A DNA stretch of 64,000 bases from Octopus sinensis (lineage: Eukaryota), in NCBI RefSeq assembly GCF_006345805.1, contig NC_043001.1, forward strand, positions 32,116,001 to 32,180,000, written 5' to 3'. Made by a program: the position numbers and the translations under genes. Shown here piece by piece: positions 1-10,251 of this stretch (its first letter is position 1; every line of letters starts with the position of its first letter). Below the pieces are notes generated by a model. It worked only from the letters and a program-made list of their open reading frames with translations. It was not told the DNA's origin and did no database searches.

Positions 1-109
1 CACACATATGCGCGCGCATACATACATAATACTACATAATACATACATACATACATAATACATACATATATATACATACACACACACATACACACATAGA
101 CACACACAA

Positions 110-166
<57 letters not shown>

Positions 167-167
<1 letters not shown>

Positions 168-288
168 ACGACGGGTTTCTTTCAGGTTTCGTCTACCAAA
201 TCCACTAAGAGGGCTTTGGTACCCGGAACCATGTGGTTGTGAAGCAAGTGTCTTAATATGCAGTTACACCACACCTGCTTTATTTAAT
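167..288 (-). mobile_element. Octopus OK-type tRNA-derived SINE, internally deleted fragment
   Basis: ACGACGGG(T)TTCTTTCAG...CTACCAAATCCACT...CCCGGAACCATGTGGTTG matches the fuller copies at 31201-31619, 32808-33245 and 50940-51360. Confidence 0.8.
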
Positions 289-627
289 TGCCTTTCATAC
301 ATTGTAACACGAAAAATTATTCCATTCATCTCTTGGTCAATAATATTGGTCTCTAAAGACAATAGAGCATAGGGTGATCGCTACAAAATCATCACTACGA
401 GTATGAATTCTCGCTCCTTACTACTAAAAGTTCTTCCGATTCCTTCTGTTAGTCGTTACTCAAAGAAAACTTAAATCAATTCAGTATTTCTGCAGCCATA
501 AAGACTGTTGATTTCAAGGGGACTGTTGATATTTTCTTGATTTCGTATGTAAGTTCTCAGCAGAAGACCAAGTCCTCTATTTAGAAGGCAATGCTATATT
601 TCTATAGCACGTCGTCTTCAAACGTAA

Positions 628-666
<39 letters not shown>

Positions 667-789
667 GAGGTAGATAGACAGATAGAGAGATAGAGGGGGA
701 AGGGATACATAGAGAGATAGAGAGTCGTGATGGAAATCTAAAGAAAATTTTAAAGAAAGACCCTACAAGACCAGATTGAGTTCGATACA

Positions 790-1600
790 ACAACCCAACT
801 AACAATCATGGGATAGGTTAAGAAAAAGAGGTCTGAAACGGAAAACTGAAGGCTTGCTACATGCAGCTCACAAACAACACCTAAATAAAACTCTGTGAAG
901 AAAAGTTATTTAGTGGGGAAGGAAGTTGAAACTGTGATCTGAAAAAATGCCTTCACAGAGAGACTATAAAATACATCATGATAAAAGTCTGCTTACATCT
1001 GTATTGGTACTTACCAAAAACTTATAGATTCGAGTTAGATCAGAAATAATTCCAAGACATAGACAAAATCCAAAACAATGTAGGTGTCTTCAAACAAAAA
1101 TGGATTTCCTCCTATTAAGCCTACTTCACGGCAGGAAAAAAACCGAGGGCAGCAGGATCAAAATCCCTCATTCCCCAAATGCGACTTATCACAGGAAGTT
1201 TTAAATAATTGTGTAGCACAGCCAACAGTGGTGCCCCAGCATGACTGCAGCTTTGAATCTGAAGCAATTAAAGAATTAAAGAAAATGAAATAAAAGAGAG
1301 TAATAGAAAACATTGGAACACTGTGATAGAGAAAGAGATAGGGAAATGTAACATAGAATGCAAGCATCCCAGAGGATCACATTATTGTTTGGAGAAGCAG
1401 AAGAAAATGAATAAATATTCAGAGCTCCATTTGGAAATCTCAGGTGTCTAGAACACACAAACTAAAGATGACTCCATTCCTAAGCAGTTTGCCACACACA
1501 TTAACGTGGCAAAGATAATGTCCAACAATCAGTACTATTTGGAACTACAGACATTCGAAGGCAAGATATTCTTTATCCGAGAGCAAAAGACTAATTGAAA
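790..1600 (+). mobile_element. Old, degraded RLE-type (R4/Dong-like) LINE 3' fragment
   Basis: Frame fragments WDRLRKRGLKRKTEGLLHAAHKQ and VQQSVLFGTTDIRR parallel QQWLRSSGLKAETEGFLIAAQDQ and LQKIALLSTAHILRR of the element at 54.9-57.2 kb. Confidence 0.6.
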
Positions 1601-2636
1601 AGTACCTACAATATATCGGTTAAGAAACTGCTGAAAGAAGGTAATAACAAAAATATGAACACCACCACCACAACAAACACCAATAATCTTATAATAATAC
1701 AACTAGCCGTTCCGTTACTTAGCCCGCTGGTAACGCTTTCACGTGATTAGAGAAAAAGATGGATAAAGAAATGAGGGAGAGAGAAGCGTCCATGAAGTGA
1801 GGTAGAGGGAATGCAATTGTAACGCTTTCACATGATTAGTTGAAGGGAAAAAGAGGAGAAAGAAAAAGAGGACAAGGGGAAGAGTGAGACAGAAAGAGTG
1901 AAAGAGAAAAGTCCATGACGTGAGGTTTGAGGAACGTAATATTTATTACGTGGTTAAAAAAGTTAGTTGAAGGTAGTGATGACAGAAGAGGAGAGTTAAG
2001 AATATAATGATTTTAACTGAGGGTTGATGCTCTAATGGTGAGATTAAAGAAAGGCAGAGAGAGATAGAGAGAGAGAAGAGAGAGAGGGAGAGAGAGAGAA
2101 AGGAGACAGAAATTGAAAGATATGATGGTGTTGGAGGTGACGGTGGTGATTGGATAATGAAAAGTGTATTTTTTAATTGAACTAAGTATTTTTTATCTCA
2201 TCTATCATTTAACGCATGCACTTAATTGCAATTCCGTGAAATAATCAGTTATTTACGTGGCAGGTATATACAATTTAACTAAACTTTGTATCATATGTCC
2301 AGGATATTCGTCTTTGTTTATGGGAAAAATGGAAAAATAAGAGTTAATGTTTATTTTTTATATTGTGCCTTAAATCTGTAAATTTGTGCATAAAGTTTAT
2401 AAATTGTATTTATAAAGTGCATGAAGTAGTCACCGTATTCCAATTTCTTTCACTTTTCAATGAGTAGCAGATGAAGGACTGTCTTTCCATACAGACATAA
2501 CACAGGCTACGCTTTCAGTTTTTTTGGATAAAGTTTTCAGAAATAACCCAATAGGTTTACCATTAATTCCGTGAAATATTCACGGGTCCCACTAGCAATA
2601 ATAATAATAATAATAATGATGATGATGATGATGATG

Positions 2637-2676
<40 letters not shown>

Positions 2677-2801
2677 TAATAATAATAATGATAATAATAA
2701 TAATAAGAGCAAGAGAAACAGAGAGGTAGCGAACGAGAGACTGAGAAAGAGAGATCGAGAAACAGAGTAAGAAAGTGAGAACGAGAGAAAAAGGGAAAGG
2801 G

Positions 2802-2833
<32 letters not shown>

Positions 2834-3059
2834 AGAGATAGAATCGGTGTAGGTCATGAGTTTGAAAAACAGAGAGGAGCAATAAAACATGGAACAACTC
2901 TCGGCAGACATGGCGAAGTGAAACAGCCAAGTTTCACTGCTTTTCTATTCCACAGGCTTTCATTCCAACTATACTGTTCTTCTGCTTGCACCAGTGATAG
3001 TTGATATTACTGAGGTGGTAAACATCACGAAGAAATATACATACATACATATATGTATG

Positions 3060-3117
<58 letters not shown>

Positions 3118-3140
3118 ATATATATATACTATATATATAT

Positions 3141-3213
<73 letters not shown>

Positions 3214-3263
3214 GTAGATAGATAGATAGATATAGATAGATAGATAGATAGATAGATAGAAAT

Positions 3264-3301
<38 letters not shown>

Positions 3302-3352
3302 GCATTCCTACGCAGGAAAAAGTCTAACAGAACTAGTTTTGGTTTGGTTTTT

Positions 3353-3625
3353 GAAAATACATCATAGCCTCAAAACGTGCAATCGTTACTAATTTTGTAA
3401 TTGACTTGTTCAAATACCAAACCGGTTTCGACAATTTTTCTCTATCAATGTTAAAAAATATGTAAATAAAGGGTTTAGGAGAATTTAATGTTACAAATAA
3501 AGTACACTTTATTTTTAACATTTTTTTACCATTGATAAGCAAAAACTTTTCGAAACCGGTTTGCCATTTGAATAAATCTATAAAATTTAATAAAACTACA
3601 CGTTTTGAGATTCAGGTGCATTTTC
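3353..3625. repeat. Diverged fold-back (MITE-like) inverted repeat, arms ~119 bp
   Basis: 3353-3471 is an imperfect reverse complement of 3507-3625 (shared CTCAAAACGTG, TTCAAAT..CAAACCGGTTTCGA, TATCAATG). Opposite-strand ORFs 3333-3542 and 3532-3723 give similar peptides (LSKPVWYLNKSI vs FSKPVCHLNKSI). Confidence 0.75.
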
Positions 3626-3718
3626 TAACTCCAAAAAATATTTATATAGAGAGGTATAGACTAGTAGATAATATATATATATATATATATAATATATATA
3701 TATATGAGAGGCTGTGTG

Positions 3719-3845
3719 CATAGGCGCAGGAGTGGCTCTGTGGTAAGAAACTTGCTTCCCAATCCCATAGTTCCATATTCAGTCCCACTTCTGCTATAGC
3801 CCCTGGCCGACCAAAGTCTCCTGAGTGGATTTGGTGGACGGAAAT
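3719..3845 (+). mobile_element. OK-type SINE 5' part (tRNA-like head)
   Basis: GGCGCAGGAGTGGCTCTGTGGTAAG...TTCAGTCCCAC...GGCCGACCAAAG...GAGTGGATTTGGTGGACGGAAA. Confidence 0.8.
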
Positions 3846-4440
3846 AATAAATGAAAATTTTAATTCCTGATCTCGGATATACATATCGTAAACAACACAA
3901 ATGTATACCATATTTATGAAAATCGCTTGGCATTATATTCTATGTGACTTAAAGCTGGACACACATGGATTTATCTGGAGTTATACACACGCACATGCAC
4001 TCACACACACTTACACATACGCACTCACCACTCCACTCATACGGACATATGTATGTATATACACACACCACATATATATAAGGCAAACAAGTAACAAGGA
4101 TATCAGGGTATTAGTGCTTTACGGCCGTTTCAGGCGGTTCCATTTAATCAAATAATGCAAGCATTACATCAATTTGAAACACAGCGCCATCTTCAGTTGC
4201 AAAATACAAATCTCAAACAACCAGGATATTCAGTTATAGTTTTTAGCAAATATTTCATCAGAGCTATAGATGTGTATATCCGAGATCAGAAATCAAAGTT
4301 TTCATTTATGATAACAACGTCAATTACATATCCTCAACACATATTTTACTAGTGTATACTAATTCGACTAAATGGAGACGCCTGAAACGGCCGTAATGCA
4401 CCAATACCTGGACATCCTTATTACTTATTTGTTTTTCATT
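3845..4440. mobile_element. Penelope-like element remnant with two pairs of inverted segments and a hammerhead motif
   Basis: 3845-3890 is inverted at ~4268-4315; 4082-4150 is inverted at ~4365-4435. Minus strand reads CTGAAGA-TGGCG...CGCCT-GAAA-CGGCCG-TA. Confidence 0.6.
4092..4202 (-). ncRNA. Type I hammerhead ribozyme-like motif with extended stem II
   Basis: TGCAA-CTGAAGA-T-GGCG-[long arm containing TAATGC-TT-GCATTA]-CGCC-T-GAAA-CGGCCG-TA^AAGCA; palindromic stem III; stem I imperfect. Confidence 0.5.
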
Positions 4441-4525
4441 CACCTTACTTTGAGCCTTGCGGATAATACCGGACTGACTTGGGGCATCAACTTAGGTACC
4501 TTATTCAACTGAATCTTAATTATTT

Positions 4526-4579
<54 letters not shown>

Positions 4580-4582
<3 letters not shown>

Positions 4583-4968
4583 AAACTTCCAAGGAAAAAA
4601 ATTCAATTTAGAAATACTAAATCAAATTTCACACAATATAATATATACATATAAAATTAGGAAAAAACCACCTTTTATCAATTCAAAATGAACAATTAAA
4701 TTACACCATCTAGAAAATTATATATAATAGAAAAGTTAAAATTAAAATAAAAATAAAATGTAAAGATTAAGTAAATTGCAAATATAATAATAAAAAAAAT
4801 AATAAAAACGTATATAATATACGTTTTTATTATTATTTTTGCAATTTACTAAATCTTTACATTTTATTGTTATTTTAATTTAAACTTTTCTATTATATCT
4901 AATTTTCTAGATGGTGTAATTTAATTGTTCATTTTGAATTGATAAAAGGTGTTTTTTTTCTAATTATA
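4580..4968. repeat. AT-rich repeat family copy folded into a ~160-bp-arm palindrome centred at ~4816
   Basis: 4653-4815 mirrors 4817-4968 (CACCTTTTATCAATTCAAAATGAACAATTAAATTACACCATCTAGAAAA vs its reverse complement). Same family recurs at 47990-48342. Confidence 0.85.
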
Positions 4969-4973
4969 TATAT

Positions 4974-5017
<44 letters not shown>

Positions 5018-5115
5018 GGAGAAAGAGAGGGTCATTTTTGGGCACCGGCATTATATGCTTAAATACGTACATATGTGTCTGCATGTTTATTTATGCCTAT
5101 ATATTTGTATACACA

Positions 5116-5335
5116 TACGAGGGGTACTATAATGTCCCCGGATTTAAGAGCATCACGAAAAGCCTGGTTGGAGGCTCAGCCTTCCTAGTTCTTTCACAGG
5201 GCGTAGAAAAACTGAAGAATCGCTGCAATATGTGTGTGAATCTTAGAGGAGAACATGTTGAATAAAATCATAATTAACTGATCCCCCTGTATTTTCTTTT
5301 ATCGAAAGCCAAGAACTTTACAGCACCGCCTCGTA
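5116..5335 (+). mobile_element. Internally deleted mariner (MITE-like) with TA-flanked TIRs
   Basis: Ends TACGAGGGGTACTATAA and TTTACAGCACCGCCTCGTA. Encodes QGVEKLKNRCNMCVNLRGEHVE*, resembling the mariner transposase C-terminus (GIxKLxxRWxKCVxxxGxYVE). Confidence 0.8.
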
Positions 5336-5479
5336 TATATATATATATATTCACATGTCTGTGTGTGTATACATTTATATATATATTTGTGTGGGTGTAT
5401 GTGTGTGTGTGTGTGTGTGTGTGAGAGAGGAGAGAGAGAGAGAGGAGAGAGAGAGTATTGACCGCTGAATTCTACAGTT

Positions 5480-5641
5480 CTTTTTCAATTCTCTCTATTT
5501 TCTCTGATTTCTTTTTGTTGAAGGGCGTAGTCCCGAAATGTAAACGCCTTTTTCATATTCTCGAGCATCAGATTAATACACTTGCTTTTAGTTCATACAC
5601 CAGTCTTCGTATTTTGCTTTTATATAAATGTCCACTACACA

Positions 5642-5691
<50 letters not shown>

Positions 5692-5960
5692 AATATATCA
5701 TGAAAATTCAGGAGGTATGAGAGGTAAATATAGTTATTTAACCACTTTACATCTCTAAAGTTACGGCCGTTTCACAGCCTTCTTCCAGTACTAATATTTT
5801 CAAGGGCGAAATAAATTGTCTACATGTTAATATTAATATACTAAACCTTATACAAAACAGAGCCAACGAGAAGGTGAAATTGAAGATTTTCTCTTCCAGT
5901 ATTTCATGATGTAAAGCGATACTGGGACTGTGATAATTTCTCACCTGTTCCACAATAGTA
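5480..5960. mobile_element. Degraded Penelope-like fragments
   Basis: Plus strand TTGAAGGGCGTAGTCCCGAAATGTAAAC (decayed copy of the 48.8-kb family). Minus strand CTGGAAGAAGGCTGTGAAACGGCCGTA (related to the 4.1-kb family). Confidence 0.45.
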
Positions 5961-6102
5961 ATTATAATTTACTTAAATATATATTTTGGTAGATAGATAA
6001 CGAGAATGTTATGCAGTGAGTATATCTTCAGATATTCAATACTAAAACTATCAACGTGGTTATTTTTACAGAGTAAAACAGTGGTATCTATCTATCAATC
6101 TT

Positions 6103-6189
<87 letters not shown>

Positions 6190-6215
6190 GTATGTATGTA
6201 TGTTTGTATATATAG

Positions 6216-6300
<85 letters not shown>

Positions 6301-6301
<1 letters not shown>

Positions 6302-6855
6302 GCCCTGATGCAGTACCAGGCAGTGGCTCTCATGGCTTCTGATCTTAACTGATTGGAAGTGTTATCATGTACATTGTTTTGTCTTGGTATAAAAGATGGG
6401 CTACAGCAAATATTCTGCTCAGTACCACAGATTTGCTTGTCAGTTATTTGACCGTAACCAGTTGAACATGTCCCTTAGTGGCTGACGATATGTGCATCTC
6501 TGATGACGAGCAGAAGTAGTGGGGGAGCATCATAGCCGTGTGTTGAGAGGGATTCTTTGGGGTTTGAATACTTCACCTCTGGAAACATGGGTGTTTCGTT
6601 CAACATCCTTAAACAACCCTTATTCAGGGACCGTTTGAGCGGGATAGGCTACTCAACCTGAAGAAAATTCTAACTGGGCCCCACCTGCAAGGTCATGTGC
6701 TGTTTATCTTTTTATGAGATCACCCTGTCGCGCACATATGGTTGTGATGCATGTGCCTGGTGTACCCTTATCAGACGGGTAGTCATGATGGGTATATTGG
6801 GCTTCGTATATTTTACCCCAGCGTCACTTTGATGGCATGCTCTGCTCTCTCACTC
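6301..6855 (+). mobile_element. ~555-bp non-coding interspersed element inserted in (AAT)n, full-length copy
   Basis: TGCCCTGATGCAGTACC...CTCTCTCACTC flanked by (AAT)n on both sides; further copies at 6931-7405, 23139-23576, 23631-24183, 24261-24815. Confidence 0.9.
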
Positions 6856-6859
6856 AATG

Positions 6860-6930
<71 letters not shown>

Positions 6931-6931
<1 letters not shown>

Positions 6932-7405
6932 TCTTGGTATAAAAGATGGGCTACAGCAAATATTCTGCTCAATACAACAGATTTGCTTGTCAGTTGTTTG
7001 ACCTTAACCAGTTGAGCATGTCCCTTAGTGGCTGACGATATGTGCATCTCTGATCACGAGCAGAAGTAGTGGGGGAGCATCATAGCCATGTGTTGAGAGG
7101 GATTCTTTGGGGTTTGAATAATTCACCTCTGGAAACATGGGTGGTTTTTTCAACATCCTTAAACAACCCTTATTCAGGGACCGTTTGAGCGGGATGGGCT
7201 ACTCAACCCGAAGAAAATTCTAACTGGGCCCTACCTGCAAGGTCATGTGCTGTTTATCTTTTTATGAGATCACCATGTCGCGCACATATGGTTGTGATGC
7301 ATGTGCCTGGTGTACCCTTATCAGACGGGTAGTCATGATGGGTATATTGGGCTTCGTATATTTTACCCCAGTGTCACTTTGATGGCATGAACTGCTCTCT
7401 CACTC
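6931..7405 (+). mobile_element. ~555-bp element, 5'-truncated copy
   Basis: Collinear with 6380-6855, same 3' end followed by AATAATAAT. Confidence 0.9.
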
Positions 7406-7425
7406 AATAATAATAATAATAACTA

Positions 7426-7687
7426 ATGGATGGAATTCATAAATATTTTAATGTATCACTTCGCGCGTTTCCACAATTCACATGTTTCTTATGATCATAG
7501 TCCGTCTTCCAGTATGATTACAGTAGAGTCCGTAGTATCCAACGCATGAATATGATCAACCCGATGTCCATGGGTCCCACGGACTGTACTGTAATCATCC
7601 TGGGAATACAGACTATGATCCGAAGACAAATGTGATTTGTTGAAATGTGCGTAGCAATGCATTAAGATATTTATAAATTTCATCCAT
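7426..7687. repeat. ~260-bp fold-back palindrome (MITE-like), arms ~110 bp, loop ~43 nt
   Basis: ATGGATGGAATT...ATGATTACAGTAGAGTCCGT (7426-7533) mirrors ACGGACTGTACTGTAATCAT...AATTTCATCCAT (7579-7687). Confidence 0.85.
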
Positions 7688-7707
7688 GATTATTGTAATT
7701 ATTATTA

Positions 7708-7768
<61 letters not shown>

Positions 7769-7802
7769 CATTATTATTGTTATTATTATTATTATTATTA
7801 TG

Positions 7803-8520
7803 TTTTTTCCCTCTTTATTCAAATTTTCTTCCGTTTCTCGCCGAGTGTTTTCCATACACCAAGGGCAGAGAAGTTCATTGTATGCATTCCCAGATTACAC
7901 GCGCAAATTCACAGACAAAATATGTATTCAAAAATTAATAAATAAATAAATTCATGGATGGATGTTGTTTTCACAGCGATAGTGCTCATCGCAGTACATG
8001 AGCCATTCCAGTTAATACGATTTTTTGCACTTCCTGTAGGGATGGTAAGCCTGGAATCATTTTCAAATAGGTTTCAGTACCTTTTTTCTTTATCATTCCT
8101 AGAGATCCTACAATCACTGGTACTGTAGTCGCCTTGAGATGCCACGTTTCTTCAATTTCTATTACTAATCTTGTCAAATTCTTTCGCCGCTATATTGTGA
8201 TCGCAAGGAATACTCATGTCAATTAATAAACACATCATTTTTGTCTGATTTTTTATAATAATATCCGGTTTATTAGCTTTTATAGTTTTGTCGGTCTGTA
8301 CGGGGAAGTCCCATAGAATCGACACAATTTCTCCCTCAGTCACAGCTTCAGGATGTTGTTTATACCATTTGTCAGCGGTTTTGATTTTATAATGCCGACA
8401 TATTGTCCAACGTAAATACTGGCCGACTCTGTCATGTCTTGCTTTATATTCTACAGGTGCTAAGAGTCTACACCCTGAGATTAGGTAGTCTATTGTTTCA
8501 ATCTCTTAATTTTTCAATCT
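7803..8520 (-). mobile_element. R4/Dong-like LINE 3' fragment, family 2 (zinc-knuckle end + restriction-like endonuclease)
   Basis: ETIDYLISGC...RHDRVGQY...ILWDFPVQTDKTIKANKPDIII...LIDMSIPCD...VQKIVLTGMAHVLR; own 3' UTR followed by (AAT)n on the minus strand. Confidence 0.9.
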
Positions 8521-8521
8521 C

Positions 8522-8584
<63 letters not shown>

Positions 8585-8617
8585 TATTATTATTATTACT
8601 ATTATCATTATTATTAC

Positions 8618-8915
8618 TCAGTAGTTTTATTTTTATATCGTGCTTTCACTTCACTACCGAGCGCAACTCTGTGTTCCTTGGGTATGTGCTGTGATTTGTT
8701 GTGATGCTTTGATGGTTATTGTATGGAAAGTGTTCTGCGTAGGATGTGTGCAGTGCCTAGTAGTGCAATTTTCTGTATGTTATATGTGTTTGTAAGTCCT
8801 GGTGTTTTTGTTATGTATTTGTCTGAATATTTTTTATCATGCCTAATGCACCTACTATGATAGGAATTGTTTCTGTTTTTAGATTCCACATTCTGGTTAC
8901 CTCTATTTCCAGGTC

Positions 8916-8918
<3 letters not shown>
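8618..8918 (-). mobile_element. R4/Dong-like LINE family 1, 3' terminal fragment
   Basis: Reverse complement of ~56870-57167 (…GTGAAGTGAAAGCACGATATAAAAATAAAACTACTG); flanked by (ATT)n on the plus strand. Confidence 0.9.
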
Positions 8919-8973
<55 letters not shown>

Positions 8974-8977
<4 letters not shown>

Positions 8978-9215
8978 TAGTTTTATTTTTATAGCGTGCT
9001 TTCACTTCACTACCGAGCGCAGCTCTGTGTGCCTTGGGTATGTGCTGTGATTTGTTGTGATGCTCTGATGGTTATTGTATGGAAAGTGTTCTGCGTAGGA
9101 TGTGTGCAGTGCCTAGTAGTGCAATTTTCTGTATGTTATATGTGTTTGTAAGTCCTGGTGTTTTTGTTATGTATTTCTGGTGTTTTTGTTATGTATTTAT
9201 GGTATTTTTGTTATG
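8974..9215 (-). mobile_element. R4/Dong-like LINE family 1, second 3' terminal fragment
   Basis: Same 3' UTR and terminal codons as 8618-8918; flanked by (ATT)n. Confidence 0.9.
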
Positions 9216-9454
9216 TATTTATTATTATTATTATTATTATTGTTGCTGTTTTTGTTATTATCATTATTATTATTATTATCATTATTATTATTATCACCAT
9301 CATTATTATTACTACCATATTTATCCTATATTTGATCGGCACAGATCGGTGCAACCTCTAAAAACTGGTAGTGCCAGTTACTGTCATTTGGCTGGAGTGG
9401 GCATAATACAATAGGAGCCTTTATATCCGTTTTCTAATCAAAAATGCTTCCTGT

Positions 9455-9535
9455 ATAATCCAAACAAGAAAGCACAAAAAATACACAACAACGCAGGAAC
9501 GTGGAACAAATATAGTATTATTGGACGCTCATAAA
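9455..9535 (-). mobile_element. Tail fragment of the PLE-like family seen at 34440-34625
   Basis: ACACAACAACGCAGGAACGTGGAACAAATATAGTATTATTGGACGCTCA is the reverse complement of the 34570-34620 tail. Confidence 0.6.
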
Positions 9536-9705
9536 TAACTTATAAAATATAAAATATTTTATAAGTTATTTATAAATTTAACCTTTACAGGTTTTTTTTG
9601 ATATGCTGTCCATTGATAAAATTTTTTTTCGAAAAAAATTTTATCCTACATTAGTTATATTATATATATATATATATATATAATATATATCTATATATAA
9701 TATAA

Positions 9706-9909
9706 GATGTAGGGTCCCGGTTGATTCGGGTTAACCACAGTAAATAAGGTACTCAATACATAGCAGAGTAAAATTAATTTATTATATAGAAGGAGCTTCT
9801 ACAGGAACTAGAACTTTTTCATTCAGAGAAATCTTCAGGAAGCCCTGAAGCTTCCTGAAGATTTCTCTTGAATGAAACAGTTCTAGTCCTGTAGAAGCTC
9901 CTCTATATA

Positions 9910-9915
<6 letters not shown>
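9706..9915. mobile_element. PLE-like unit 1 with inverted hammerhead pair
   Basis: Same unit as 10044-10253 with a few indels in the left arm. Confidence 0.75.
9850..9898 (+). ncRNA. Type I hammerhead ribozyme motif
   Basis: GCTTC-CTGAAGA-TTTC-TCTT-GAAT-GAAA-CAG-TTCTAGTC-CTG-TA^GAAGC. Confidence 0.75.
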
Positions 9916-9959
<44 letters not shown>

Positions 9960-9962
9960 ATT

Positions 9963-10046
<84 letters not shown>

Positions 10047-10131
10047 GTAGGTCCCGGGTTGATTCGGGTTAACCACAGTAAATAAGGTACTCAATACATA
10101 GCGAGTAAAATTAATTTATTATATAGAAGGA

Positions 10132-10180
10132 GCTTCTACAGGACTAGAACTGTTTCATTCAAGAGAAATCTTCAGGAAGC
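10132..10180 (-). ncRNA. Type I hammerhead ribozyme motif (mirror copy)
   Basis: Exact reverse complement of 10187-10235. Confidence 0.75.
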
Positions 10181-10186
10181 CCTGAA

Positions 10187-10235
10187 GCTTCCTGAAGATT
10201 TCTCTTGAATGAAACAGTTCTAGTCCTGTAGAAGC
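10187..10235 (+). ncRNA. Type I hammerhead ribozyme motif
   Basis: Stem I GCTTC/GAAGC, core CUGAAGA and GAAA, stem II TTC/GAA closed by U-U, stem III ACAG/CTGT, GUA cleavage triplet at 10228-10230. Confidence 0.78.
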
Positions 10236-10251
10236 TCCTTCTATATAATAA

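Noticed and set aside
6301-6360. HDV-like ribozyme at the 5' end of the 555-bp element
   Set aside because: Crossing P1/P2-like stems exist, but there is no P1.1 GG, no P4 and L3 spacing is off; kept only as an untested structure
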